In this document: positions 8,903 to 18,503 of the stretch, one piece after another
Layout of the letters: every line of letters starts with the position of its first letter
Numbering within the stretch: the stretch's first letter is position 1
Source of the DNA: Chloroflexota bacterium
GTDB taxonomy: Bacteria; Chloroflexota; Dehalococcoidia; UBA2979
Assembly (NCBI GenBank): GCA_027593235.1
Contig: JAQCIU010000033.1
Coordinates: 1-33,124, forward strand
Length of the DNA: 33,124 bases
Direction: 5' to 3'
Program-made: the position numbers and the translations under genes
Notes under the pieces: model-generated
Seen by the model: the letters and a program-made list of their open reading frames with translations, nothing else
What the model was told of the DNA's origin: nothing
Databases searched by the model: none

Positions 8903-10813
8903 GTGAGGAATGCTGTGACAGCTCGGACTGCTGGACTTGGTGGCGCGATCGGGCGGCAGGCGCGCATGCACCTGGCGCGCGGCCTGCTGCTGGGCGCCGG
9001 CCTCGTCCTCGGTGTGATCGCGCTCGTCTTCATGCTCTACCTCTCGTCCTTCACGGACTCCACCCGTGCAACCAATGACCTGGCGGCGCTGCGTACGCAC
9101 GCCTACCAGGTCGCCCTGGCCGCCGATCGCTCCGTGCACGAGCAGGACCCCTGGGTCCTCGAGGACGCGATTCTGAGGAACCAGATCGTGACTGGAGATC
9201 TCTCGAACCACCTCCACGGCGCACTGCCGGCGGCCGAGGCCGACGCGCTCCTCGGCGCCGTCGATCGATCGTGGAACGACACGATCGGCACCGCCCGCCT
9301 CTTCGCGGACGGCGACGCGGAATTTGACGAGGTAGTCGCATCGGTCGATCGCACCGGTGCTGCCGTTGACGAGCTGATGATGGTGCTCGCCGATCGCGGC
9401 GAAGCTCAGACTGATCGGCTCAAGTCCGTCCTTCGCGCCGGCATCGTGCTGCTCGCTATCGGCGGATTCCTGCTCGTCTCGGCGTTCCTCCGTCAGCGCC
9501 GACGTTCTTCCGAGGTCGATGCGCTCACCGGTGTGCTGGCCCGTGACCGCTTCCGCGCTCAGCTTGCGGTTGCGCTGCTCAATCGGCGCCAGCTCACGAA
9601 GCTCGCCGTCGCCGTCGTCGATGTCGATCGGTTCCGGCGGATCAACAAGACCCTCGGCGCCGAGCAAGGCGACCGTGTCCTTCGCGATGTCGCGCGCCGG
9701 ATCCAGGACGCGCTACCCGCCGGCGCGAGCGTCGGCCGGCGCAGCGGCGACGAGTTCCTGATCCTGCTCCCCGAACAGGATGCCGAGGGCGCCCGCGACG
9801 TCGCCCAGCGCGTCCTCGCGTCGCTCGATCGACCGCTCGTCTACCAGACCGGCGAGCTGCGGGCCGGCGTCAGCATCGGCCTCGCGGTCGCGCCCGACGA
9901 CGGTGTTGACGCGAAGGCCTTGCTCGATGCCGCGGACGCCGCCCGCGACGATGCCAAAGCCGATGGCGGCGGCACGTATCGCTTCGTGCGCGGGGGCAGC
10001 ACCAACGCCCCAGCCGAGGACGCACTGGCACTGGAGATCGAGCTGCGGAACGCGCTGAAGCAGGACGAGTTCGAGCTCTTCTACCAGCCTCAGGTCGACA
10101 TCCGGACGGGCGAGATCGTCGGTGCCGAGGCCCTGCTCCGCTGGCGTTCGCCGAGCCGCGGCCTCGTTTCCCCGGATCACTTCATCCCACTGCTCGAGGA
10201 ATCTCGTCTGATCGTCCCGGTCGGCGCCTGGGCGATCCATTCCGCGGCGCTCCAGGCGAAAGACTGGGTTGGCCTGGCCGACCGTCCGTTCCGCGTCGCC
10301 GTGAACATCAGTGCCCGACAGCTCCTCCAGTCCGATCTCGTCTCCACCGTCCGCGACGCGCTCGGTGCGAGCGGGCTACCGCCCGCCAACCTCGAACTCG
10401 AGGTCACCGAGACCGTCGCGATCCAGAATCCGGACGAGGCGGTGCGTGTCCTCGAGGCGCTCGCCGCGCTCGGGGTGCAGAGCGCCCTCGATGATTTTGG
10501 CACCGGCCATTCGTGGCTCTCACACCTGAAGCTACTGCCGCGCATGTCGCTGAAGATCGACCGCTCATTCGTCTCGGGCATCACCAAGAACGCCGAGGAT
10601 CGCGCGATCGTTGCTGGTCTCATCACCGTCGCTCACACGCTCCAGCGCACCGTGGTCGCCGAGGGTGTCGAGCGCGCCGGAGAGCTGGCGCTGCTGGAAG
10701 AGATGCACTGCGACATCGCCCAGGGCTTCTACTTCAGTCGCCCGGTTCCGGCCGCCGAGTTCACGGCGCTGCTCCAGCGGGCGCACCCGTGGGCGCCGGA
10801 CTCCGCGGCCTAG
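8903..10813 (+). CDS. Membrane-bound GGDEF-EAL c-di-GMP enzyme (2 TM, extracytoplasmic sensor)
   Basis: DALTG, VDVDRFRRIN, SGDEF, YQPQVD, EALLRW, ELEVTE, DDFGTGHSWL, LKIDRSF, VVAEGVE, QGFYFSRP. Start is uncertain (8777/8903/8966). Confidence 0.92.
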   Translation: MRNAVTARTAGLGGAIGRQARMHLARGLLLGAGLVLGVIALVFMLYLSSFTDSTRATNDLAALRTHAYQVALAADRSVHEQDPWVLEDAILRNQIVTGDLSNHLHGALPAAEADALLGAVDRSWNDTIGTARLFADGDAEFDEVVASVDRTGAAVDELMMVLADRGEAQTDRLKSVLRAGIVLLAIGGFLLVSAFLRQRRRSSEVDALTGVLARDRFRAQLAVALLNRRQLTKLAVAVVDVDRFRRINKTLGAEQGDRVLRDVARRIQDALPAGASVGRRSGDEFLILLPEQDAEGARDVAQRVLASLDRPLVYQTGELRAGVSIGLAVAPDDGVDAKALLDAADAARDDAKADGGGTYRFVRGGSTNAPAEDALALEIELRNALKQDEFELFYQPQVDIRTGEIVGAEALLRWRSPSRGLVSPDHFIPLLEESRLIVPVGAWAIHSAALQAKDWVGLADRPFRVAVNISARQLLQSDLVSTVRDALGASGLPPANLELEVTETVAIQNPDEAVRVLEALAALGVQSALDDFGTGHSWLSHLKLLPRMSLKIDRSFVSGITKNAEDRAIVAGLITVAHTLQRTVVAEGVERAGELALLEEMHCDIAQGFYFSRPVPAAEFTALLQRAHPWAPDSAA

Positions 10814-10872
10814 CACCGCCGCCGAGGGCCGGTCGATCGACAGGCGTCCGCCGACCGCTGCCGGGAGTCCTG

Positions 10873-11511
10873 CTAGCGAAGCTTCTTCATGAATGCGCAG
10901 ACCGCCGCCACCGCGGTCGCCACGTTCTCTGCCTCCGTCACGCCGGATCGTTTTCGCGGCGTGAACGAGTGATCGCCATCCACTAACCAGACCACCTTGA
11001 TGGCGGGCGATAGCGTGTATCCCTCAACGTCGGCGCGATCGCCCATCGCGTCGCGCTCGCCCTGCACGATCAGCGTCGGCGTGCGTAGTTCGGCCAGGTG
11101 ATCCGTGCGCGTGCGCTCCGGACGTCCGAGCGGGTGGAACGGATACCCCAGGCACACGAGCCCGCGCACGCCGGCCGCGTCCGCGATCATCGAGGCGATG
11201 CGACCACCCATCGATCGTCCGCCGATCACCAGCCGCTCCGGCTCGCCGACCTCCGCGATCACCGCGCGCCATGTCGATTGCAGCACCCCCGGGGAATCCG
11301 GTGCGCCGCGCTCTGCTCCGGCACGCTTTCGGCGCATGTATGGAAACTCGAACCGCACGATGCGAATGCCGGCGTCGGCCAGCCCGGTTGCGATCGCTTC
11401 CATCCGCGGCGCGTCCATCGACAGTCCGGCGCCATGCGCCAGCACGAACGTACCGAGCCCGTCAGTTGGGCCCGTCGTCAGCAGTTCGAGCGGTGGCGAA
11501 GGCTCGGCCAT
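10873..11511 (-). CDS. Alpha/beta hydrolase (KANL3/Tex30-like family)
   Basis: LAHGAG, RFEFPYM, nucleophile elbow GRSMGG, LGYPFHP, QGERD, GDHSF triad. Confidence 0.9.
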   Translation of the reverse strand: MAEPSPPLELLTTGPTDGLGTFVLAHGAGLSMDAPRMEAIATGLADAGIRIVRFEFPYMRRKRAGAERGAPDSPGVLQSTWRAVIAEVGEPERLVIGGRSMGGRIASMIADAAGVRGLVCLGYPFHPLGRPERTRTDHLAELRTPTLIVQGERDAMGDRADVEGYTLSPAIKVVWLVDGDHSFTPRKRSGVTEAENVATAVAAVCAFMKKLR

Positions 11512-11634
11512 GTCACTCCTGGTAATGCGCTCGGCGCTATCGAGGATCCGACGCGCCGGGCGTGGATGCGGATTCTAGGCGGTTGCGCCCTTCCGCGTAG
11601 CGGACGCCTCGACGGCGCAGCCGATCCGCGTGAT

Positions 11635-11657
11635 GTCGGCCGGTCGGTCCGGCCGAC
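11635..11657. terminator. Stem-loop downstream of the small minus-strand gene
   Basis: GTCGGCCGG-TCGGT-CCGGCCGAC, with no U-tract. Confidence 0.3.
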
Positions 11658-11709
11658 GTCGTTGCACCCGGCAAGCCCCGAGGTCCGCCGGACTGTGCAC
11701 GGCTTCGCG

Positions 11710-11940
11710 CTAGAGCCCGAACTTCTTGCCGATCCCGCCGAGTGCTCCACCGAGGCCCGGCACGCCACCGCCGTTGCCCTCGTCGTCGCTCTCCTCGCCT
11801 CCGAGGAAGCCTTCGATCTGCCCGGCGATCGGTCCGGGGAGCTTGTCCCTGAGTTGTTCGACGATCACCTCGATCGCCTTCGCCGCCTGGTTCTCATCGA
11901 TACCGGCGCGTTCGGCGACCGTCTTGATCAGCGGGTTCAT
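11710..11940 (-). CDS. Small conserved helical protein with a Gly-rich tail (DUF2267-like)
   Basis: MNPLIKTVAERAGIDENQAAKAIEVIVEQLRDKLPGPIAGQIEGFLGG...; GAGGA RBS upstream of ATG 11940. Confidence 0.75.
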   Translation of the reverse strand: MNPLIKTVAERAGIDENQAAKAIEVIVEQLRDKLPGPIAGQIEGFLGGEESDDEGNGGGVPGLGGALGGIGKKFGL

Positions 11941-12095
11941 GCTGGTGTCCTCGTTCCTTTGCTCCGGGTGGGAGCACTCCGACCTTACCAAGGGCCTCCC
12001 GCCGCACGTGACGGGCGACGGTCACCCTGCGGGCTGTGCCACGGACCGCGCCGGCTGCCTACACTCGCCTCGAACGTTCCGTTCCAGGAGGATCG

Positions 12096-14579
12096 ATGGA
12101 CCGCACACCCGGCAGCTTCCGCCTCGGTGATTTCGTATCCGCGGACGGCGAACGCAGCGGCTCGCTTCACTACCCCGCCGCCGATCTCACCACGCACGGC
12201 GTCATCGTCGGCATGACCGGCTCGGGGAAGACCGGACTGGCTGTCGTGATGATCGAGGAGGCGCTGGCCGCTGGGGTGCCCGTGCTCGTGCTCGATCCTA
12301 AGGGCGACATGCCCAACCTGCGACTGACCTTCCCGGAGTTCGCGCCGTCCGATTTCCGCCCCTGGATCAACGAGGGTGACGCGCAGCGCGACGGTGTGCC
12401 CCCGGACGCGTTCGCGGCTGCGCAGGCTGAGCAGTGGAAGAACGGCCTCGCTGGTTGGGGCGCCACGGGTGACGACGTCCGCCAGCTCAAGAACGCGGCG
12501 GCCGTGACCATCTACACGCCTGGCTCCACTGCCGGGGTGCCGCTGAGTATCGTCGGCGACCTTGCACCGCCCGCAGCGAACGCCGATCCCGAGACCACGA
12601 GCGCCGAGGTCTCCGCGTTCGTCACCGGGCTCCTTGGCCTCGTCGGGATCGAGGCCGATCCGCTCGCCAGCCGCGAACACGTACTGCTCTCGAATCTGAT
12701 CGAGTTCGCCTGGCGCGAGGGACGGCCGATCGACCTCGCAACCCTGATCGGGCAGACGATGGACCCGCCGCTCCGCAAGCTCGGCGTCTTCGAGGTGGAC
12801 ACGTTCTTCCCGCCGAACGACCGGCGTGCCCTCGCCATGCGGCTCAACGCCCTTGTCGCTTCGCCTACCTTCGGCGCCTGGACGGAAGGCGCGTCGCTCG
12901 ATATCCAGTCCCTGCTCTATGAACCCGACGGGCGCCCGCGCTGTTCCATCGTCTACCTCGCTCACCTCTCGGAGCAGGAGCGTCAGTTCGTCGTCTCGCT
13001 GGTGCTGTCGAAGGTCATCACCTGGATGCGCGCGCAGTCCGGCACTACCGATCTGCGTGCGCTGCTCTACATGGATGAAGTGTTCGGCTTCGCGCCGCCC
13101 ACCGCTAACCCGCCGGCGAAGGCGCCGATCCTCACGCTGCTCAAGCAGGCGCGCGCCTACGGCGTCGGCTTCGTGCTTAGCACCCAGAACCCCGTCGACC
13201 TCGACTACAAAGCGATGTCGAACGCGGGGACCTGGATGATCGGTCGCCTCCAGACCGAACGCGATAAGGCGCGCATTCTCGAGGCATTGCAGGCCGCGAG
13301 TGGGGACGTCGACCTCGACGCGATTGATCGCTCGATCTCCGGGCTCGGTAAGCGCCAGTTCGTCCTGCACAACACCCACGATCGAGGCGGCCCGAAACTC
13401 TTCACCACCCGGTGGGCGATGTCGTACCTGCGCGGCCCCCTGACCCGTGAGCAGATCGCCGAGTTGACCGCCGACGACCCCGTGCGCCGGGGTGCCGCCC
13501 AGCCGGAGTCCCGGACCCCCGCGGCGCCCGCCCTTGTCGCGGCTGCACCAGCGGCAACTCCGCCGTCGTCGCGCGTCCCGTCGCCCGCTCCAGCTTCGAC
13601 GCTTGCCGCGGACGAGACGCTGGTCGCGCCGTCGACGGCGAAGGGCGTCCCCGTCTACTACCTCGATCCTGCCGCCCCCTGGGCCCGCGATCTCGGCATC
13701 GCGGCGCAGGGAACCCGGATGGCGCCGGCTGTGGTCGCGCGGGTGCACCTCCGCTTTGACGACACCAAGGCGGACGTCGATCACCAGGAGGAGTGGGAGG
13801 CCGTGCTCTACCCGCTCACCGCGACGACGGCTGCCGCCGAGGCCCGCGCCGTCGACTACGAGCCGCGCGATCTCCGCACCGAGGCACCGGTCGGCGCCAC
13901 CTACCTGTTGGGCGAAGCGCCGATCGACGAGGCCACCTTCTTCCGAGGGCTCTCAACCGAGCTGAAGGACGCGCTCTATCGAGAGCGGTCGATCTCGGTC
14001 TTTCGGAACCCGAAGCTCAAGCTCTACTCGCGTGTTGGCGAGACGGAGGAGGCGTTCCTCCAACGCTGTGACGACGCGGGCCGGAAAGAGGCCGATGCGG
14101 CAGCAGCGAAGCTGCGCGATCAGTTCGCGAAGAAGGTGGACCGGGTGCGCGCCGCGATCGATCGCGCCGATGACCGTGTCGAACAACTCGAGGTCGACAA
14201 ATCGTCACGCCGCAACCACGAGGTGATCGCTGTTGCCGGCGACCTCCTGACCAACGCCGGCGTCCTCCTCGGCGCCCTGTTCGGCGGGAAGAAAGACACT
14301 CGCCAGATCACCACCAGCGCCGGGCGGATCGCGAAAGGCGCATCGTCGCGTCGCTCGACCAGCTCTCGCACCGAGCGGCGCCTTAAGACCGCGGAGGACC
14401 GTCTCGAAGAGGAGCAGGTCAAGCTCGAGGATCTCGAGGCTGCACTCCTCGATGAGCTGACCGAGCTGAATGATCTCTGGGCGGATCACGCCGACGCAAT
14501 CGAACCCGTGGAGATCGGCCTCGAAAAGAGCGACGTCACCATCGATGAGATCGCCTTGCTCTGGGTACCGGTCGGCTGA
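12096..14579 (+). CDS. HerA/FtsK-superfamily P-loop ATPase (DUF87/DUF853-like) with C-terminal coiled coil
   Basis: AGGAGG RBS, THGVIVGMTGSGKT (Walker A), LDPKGD, LYMDE (Walker B), KQARAYGVG, STQNPVDLD. Confidence 0.88.
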   Translation: MDRTPGSFRLGDFVSADGERSGSLHYPAADLTTHGVIVGMTGSGKTGLAVVMIEEALAAGVPVLVLDPKGDMPNLRLTFPEFAPSDFRPWINEGDAQRDGVPPDAFAAAQAEQWKNGLAGWGATGDDVRQLKNAAAVTIYTPGSTAGVPLSIVGDLAPPAANADPETTSAEVSAFVTGLLGLVGIEADPLASREHVLLSNLIEFAWREGRPIDLATLIGQTMDPPLRKLGVFEVDTFFPPNDRRALAMRLNALVASPTFGAWTEGASLDIQSLLYEPDGRPRCSIVYLAHLSEQERQFVVSLVLSKVITWMRAQSGTTDLRALLYMDEVFGFAPPTANPPAKAPILTLLKQARAYGVGFVLSTQNPVDLDYKAMSNAGTWMIGRLQTERDKARILEALQAASGDVDLDAIDRSISGLGKRQFVLHNTHDRGGPKLFTTRWAMSYLRGPLTREQIAELTADDPVRRGAAQPESRTPAAPALVAAAPAATPPSSRVPSPAPASTLAADETLVAPSTAKGVPVYYLDPAAPWARDLGIAAQGTRMAPAVVARVHLRFDDTKADVDHQEEWEAVLYPLTATTAAAEARAVDYEPRDLRTEAPVGATYLLGEAPIDEATFFRGLSTELKDALYRERSISVFRNPKLKLYSRVGETEEAFLQRCDDAGRKEADAAAAKLRDQFAKKVDRVRAAIDRADDRVEQLEVDKSSRRNHEVIAVAGDLLTNAGVLLGALFGGKKDTRQITTSAGRIAKGASSRRSTSSRTERRLKTAEDRLEEEQVKLEDLEAALLDELTELNDLWADHADAIEPVEIGLEKSDVTIDEIALLWVPVG

Positions 14580-14592
14580 CCGCCAACCCTCG

Positions 14593-14991
14593 ATGCCTGG
14601 CCAACGCTTGCCGGAAGAAGTGATCGCGCGACTCGTGCCGGTCGGCGTTCCCGAGGGCGAGCTACGGGCGATCCGCGTCGTCACGAGGGCGCCCGCTCGC
14701 TGGTTGCCGCCGATCTTCCACGCCAACGCCATGACCTTCGGGCGCTACGTGCTGATCCGCGCCGGCCGCTACGACCCGGAGACCACCCGAGGACTGGCGC
14801 TGATCGCGCACGAAGCCGGTCACGTCACGCAGTGGCGCAAGCTTGGCGTCGCGCGCTTCTTCGTCCGCTATGCGCGTGGCCTGATCCGCGCACGCTTCGC
14901 CCACGCGCGCCATCCGATGGAACAGCCGCTGAACCAGCGGCAACGTGAGGTGCGGGCAGCGCTCGATGCCGAGGAGCCCCGCACGCTCTAA
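14593..14991 (+). CDS. Stand-alone DUF4157 (eCIS core)-like HExxH domain protein
   Basis: ANAMTFGRYVLIRAGRYDPETTRGLALIAHEAGHVTQ matches the DUF4157 signature. Starts 13 nt after the ATPase stop. Confidence 0.75.
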   Translation: MPGQRLPEEVIARLVPVGVPEGELRAIRVVTRAPARWLPPIFHANAMTFGRYVLIRAGRYDPETTRGLALIAHEAGHVTQWRKLGVARFFVRYARGLIRARFAHARHPMEQPLNQRQREVRAALDAEEPRTL

Positions 14992-14995
14992 TCGG

Positions 14996-16396
14996 TTAGT
15001 CGAGGCCCCACACAGCGGTGTCCGGGTAGAACTGGCTCCAGGCAAACCAGAACGACTGGTGTGTTGCGATCGGCTCACCGTCGCTCGTCGTCGCACTGAG
15101 CGCGCCCGCTTCAAGATGAACCGAGATGCCCTCGAACTCCACGGATTCACCGCGATCGAGGGCGACGCGTGCGGCGATCTCCGGGAAGGCGACGGTGACG
15201 CCCTCGAGGCGGACGCCCAGCACCTGGTCCTGCACCGGCAATCGCGGATCGACGTCGCCGATCGGGAAGATCGGCCCGTTGTCGTCACGCCCACGTAGCG
15301 GATCCAGCGGGTACTCGCGCCCGAGCCCGCCATCCTCGGCGACGATCGAGGTGTCGGGATGCCCCGCCTTCCACTCCGCCCATGTCGCGGTCGAGACGGT
15401 CACCGGCGTCAGCTCGAGTCCAACGTCCTGCAGCGGACCGCTCACCGCGCGCCCGCGAAAGGTGTCGAAGAACGAGAACGTGTGCAGTTCGAACATGACC
15501 TTGTTCGAGCGCGCCAGCAGCCCTGAGGTCCGCAGCTCGAACACGCCGCTCGGCGTGTCGATCCCGGCTGGGACTTCATCGGTGAAGAACGCCTGCGCGG
15601 TGCCGCAGAGGGTGCAATAGACCACTGCGATCCGTCGCCCGCCCAGGGTGTCGTTCACCATCTCGTGGACTTCCATCTGGTGCTTCGGATAGGCGCGGGT
15701 CTCGCCGTTCACCTCCACCGCGAAGACGAGGCGGTCATCCGGGTACCAGTCGCCCCCCGGCGCATCCGTGACCGCCGGGTCGTCGAGCGCGGGAATGCAG
15801 CCCGGGCAACGCTCGCGGACCTGCTCGACGGGGCGGTCGTCGATACCGACGCCACCCCAGCTCACCAGCCGCCAGTCGACGTCCGCATCTACGTCGTCGA
15901 AGAACGGCGCCCATCCCTCGCCAAAGCGCACGTAGAGCACGCGCTTCCATTCCCCGTAGCCCTCGGGTGCCGGCACATCCTCCGCGATGAGGTAATTGGT
16001 GACGCCAGTCCAGCCGCGGATGCTGCCCTCGGGCACTCCGGTCAGCTCCCAGAACGCACGCTCGAGCGCGGTCAACGTGTCGGAGCTGTCGACGAACCGG
16101 AACATGTCGGAGAGCACCCAGGCCAGCGGCAGTTCGCCCGATGCGCCAATCCGCTCGATCCGCGTCAGGTCCAGTCCACTGTTGAACGGCGCCAGCAGTG
16201 CGTCGATGTCCTCGGAAAGCGTCGGGATACCCGTCGCTCCCGCCGTTGCCGCCGTAGCCGCCGTCGCCGCGGCGCCTGGCGGCGTCGTCGCGGCTGGCGA
16301 TGCCTCGTCGTCGCCGCCGCTGCACGCGGCCGCGACGAGGGCGAGCCCAACCCCGAGGAACCAGACCGCCCGAACCGCCGAGAAATGATCGCTCAT
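14996..16396 (-). CDS. DUF3179 domain lipoprotein
   Basis: Lipobox AAAC-S, WGGV, IPALDDP, RAYP..MEVHEMVND, YCTLCGT, TSGLL, FWFAWSQFYPDT. Confidence 0.88.
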   Translation of the reverse strand: MSDHFSAVRAVWFLGVGLALVAAACSGGDDEASPAATTPPGAAATAATAATAGATGIPTLSEDIDALLAPFNSGLDLTRIERIGASGELPLAWVLSDMFRFVDSSDTLTALERAFWELTGVPEGSIRGWTGVTNYLIAEDVPAPEGYGEWKRVLYVRFGEGWAPFFDDVDADVDWRLVSWGGVGIDDRPVEQVRERCPGCIPALDDPAVTDAPGGDWYPDDRLVFAVEVNGETRAYPKHQMEVHEMVNDTLGGRRIAVVYCTLCGTAQAFFTDEVPAGIDTPSGVFELRTSGLLARSNKVMFELHTFSFFDTFRGRAVSGPLQDVGLELTPVTVSTATWAEWKAGHPDTSIVAEDGGLGREYPLDPLRGRDDNGPIFPIGDVDPRLPVQDQVLGVRLEGVTVAFPEIAARVALDRGESVEFEGISVHLEAGALSATTSDGEPIATHQSFWFAWSQFYPDTAVWGLD

Positions 16397-16468
16397 CCTC
16401 CCAGCGTAGTGACGAGTTCTGACGAGCAGGTGACAGCCGTCACCCTCGCGGACCGGCGCTCCGGGTAC

Positions 16469-17542
16469 TTAGCTCGGCGGTTTGTAGTCATCGGCGAATC
16501 GCATGAGTTGCCGCCGATTCTGCAACCCGGTCTTCTGCAGCAGGTGGCTGACATGTCGTTTCACGGTGCCCTCGGCGATTTCCAGCTCGTTGCCGATCTG
16601 CCGGTTGGTCGCTCCGGTCGCGACGAGTCCGAGCACCTCGTGCTCGCGCTTGCTGATGCCGAAGGCTCCACCCGATTCGCGGTCCGACGATGCCGCCGAT
16701 GCAACCGGAGCGGACGGAGGATCTCCGAGCGCGGCGCCAAGCGTGCGGTCCCATTCGTCGCGACCGAAATCACCGAACGCCCCTCGCCTGGGCGGCTGCG
16801 CCTCGTAGATCGAGAGGATCGAGTTCGGTAGCAACGCCGCGATCGTCGCCGCCGGTTCGTAGTCCACCGGATTTCTCGCGGTCACCCAGGTTGGCACCTC
16901 GATCCGCGGCAGCACCTCGGTGAGGTCGAGCTGCTGCTCGGAAGCGAGATAGGCGGCGAACACGGACGCGGGGACGCCGCGCTCCCAGCGCAACGCCAGA
17001 CTCATCGCCTCGTCCGGGGCGGCGCCGAAGTAGTGACGAGCGAGCCCCTGGAGGTGTTCCGAGTAGTACGGCTCCCATCCGGGCCGGTTGTACAGGCCCT
17101 GCCAGTTCTCCCCGGCGCGGAGCGCTCCGCCGTCGATTCGAAGGCTGCGGTAGCGATCCGGCATTTCGGCCGCATGGAGACAGACGGCGAAGCAGGCGCG
17201 GCCCCACGCGATCGCATCAACAGGGCCGGGTAGGGCGCCGGTTACCGCTTCGAGGTCAGCCACCAGCTCGTTGATATCGATCGGACCGTCAACCGGATCT
17301 GAAGCCCCCGCACCACGCCAGTCGAAGAAGGCGCCGGCTCGGCCGCGTCGAAACTGGGCGAAGGCGGCGCCGTGCAGCGGCATCGAGAGCCGTAGCGGAA
17401 GCGGTGGCGCACCCGGCGTGGACACGCTGAGAAACACCGGAGGCTCGCCCTGAAACTCGGCGTACGCGATGCCCACGCCATCGCGGGTGGTTGCGCGCTG
17501 CATCCGTGGCTGATCGGAGGCGGATCCCGGGCTGCCGGACAT
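16469..17542 (-). CDS. LuxR-type HTH regulator with an N-terminal alpha/beta-hydrolase-fold sensor domain
   Basis: TTRDGVGIAY, FDWRGAGASD, DLEAV, LPRIEVPT, and C-terminal ISKREHEVLGLVATGATNRQIGNELEIAEGTVKRHVSHLLQKTG. Start 17542 or 17503. Confidence 0.85.
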   Translation of the reverse strand: MSGSPGSASDQPRMQRATTRDGVGIAYAEFQGEPPVFLSVSTPGAPPLPLRLSMPLHGAAFAQFRRGRAGAFFDWRGAGASDPVDGPIDINELVADLEAVTGALPGPVDAIAWGRACFAVCLHAAEMPDRYRSLRIDGGALRAGENWQGLYNRPGWEPYYSEHLQGLARHYFGAAPDEAMSLALRWERGVPASVFAAYLASEQQLDLTEVLPRIEVPTWVTARNPVDYEPAATIAALLPNSILSIYEAQPPRRGAFGDFGRDEWDRTLGAALGDPPSAPVASAASSDRESGGAFGISKREHEVLGLVATGATNRQIGNELEIAEGTVKRHVSHLLQKTGLQNRRQLMRFADDYKPPS

Positions 17543-17757
17543 GGTTTGAGTATGCCCGATTACTGGACCAATTCGCTCCATCGGGCGGCCGATGCCTCCT
17601 TGGACACACTCGGCCATACAAAACCGCATCCCGATTGTGCCGTTCGTTCGATGTCAGGCGGACCGCTGACGGCCACCCTCGTCGCGACAACGGATGCGGA
17701 AGCGAGCGGCCCGGCTGGTCCTCAATGCTTCCCGACGCATCGACCTGGAGGGTAGAC

Positions 17758-18384
17758 GTGACGACAACATGGAGATCAATACCGGTTGCGATCCTCGCGC
17801 TGGCGGTTATCGCGGCGGGGTCCGTCTTCGCGGGGACGACCGACGCGGTCGGGGCGTCGGTCGGTGGGGCAACCGGCACATTGCAGGACGCGGGAGAGCA
17901 AGACTCCAACTATGGCTGGTGGCGTCGCGGCGATGCGGTCGGCCAGCTCTATCAACTGCAGGCCGCGTTTCACGCAGCAGCGACACTCCGCGAGCCCAAC
18001 AACTTGGATGAACGAATCGCCGATATGCTCACGCTCTGGACGAACGACGCCCCGCTGACGCTAGGACCCAACACCTTCGTCGGCAAGGGTGAGCCTGGTA
18101 CCGCCTCCTGCGCCCCCGGGGCCGGGACGCTCTGTGACTTCTTCACCAACGTGGCGCCACCGTTCCAGAACCGCTGGATCTCGCTCAGCCCCTCGTACAA
18201 AACGGAGATCGAGGTGCACGGCAACACCGCCAGCCTCGACTTCCAGTGCCTGTACTTCGATGAGGCGTGGGCGCCGGCAGCGCGTCTCGCCGTCGACTCG
18301 ACGGCGACGAGAGTGCGTGGCGATTGGAAATTCTCGAGCGCCGTGGTGACGCCGATCGCGGCACCCGGGATCCCGTACCCATAG
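17758..18384 (+). CDS. Secreted SnoaL/NTF2-like protein
   Basis: GGAGG RBS plus GTG 17758, signal peptide, MLTLWTNDA, IEVHGNTASLDFQC, RVRGDWKF. Confidence 0.7.
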   Translation: MTTTWRSIPVAILALAVIAAGSVFAGTTDAVGASVGGATGTLQDAGEQDSNYGWWRRGDAVGQLYQLQAAFHAAATLREPNNLDERIADMLTLWTNDAPLTLGPNTFVGKGEPGTASCAPGAGTLCDFFTNVAPPFQNRWISLSPSYKTEIEVHGNTASLDFQCLYFDEAWAPAARLAVDSTATRVRGDWKFSSAVVTPIAAPGIPYP

Positions 18385-18402
18385 CAGCGCGTGGACCCGA
18401 TG

Positions 18403-18428
18403 CGACCGGCCGCCCGCGCGGCCGGTCG
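18403..18428 (+). terminator. GC-rich stem-loop after the NTF2-like gene
   Basis: CGACCGGCCGC-CCGC-GCGGCCGGTCG, with a weak U-tract. Confidence 0.4.
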
Positions 18429-18503
18429 TTCGGTCCATCGCCGGCGCCGCTGCACACTGCCGCCGGCTTGACCCGACCGCCGGATGCCGCTCCGATGGTT
18501 GCG

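Noticed and set aside
16240-16290. GCCGCCGT-like tandem repeats
   Set aside because: They encode an Ala/Thr linker in the lipoprotein; not CRISPR or a mobile repeat.
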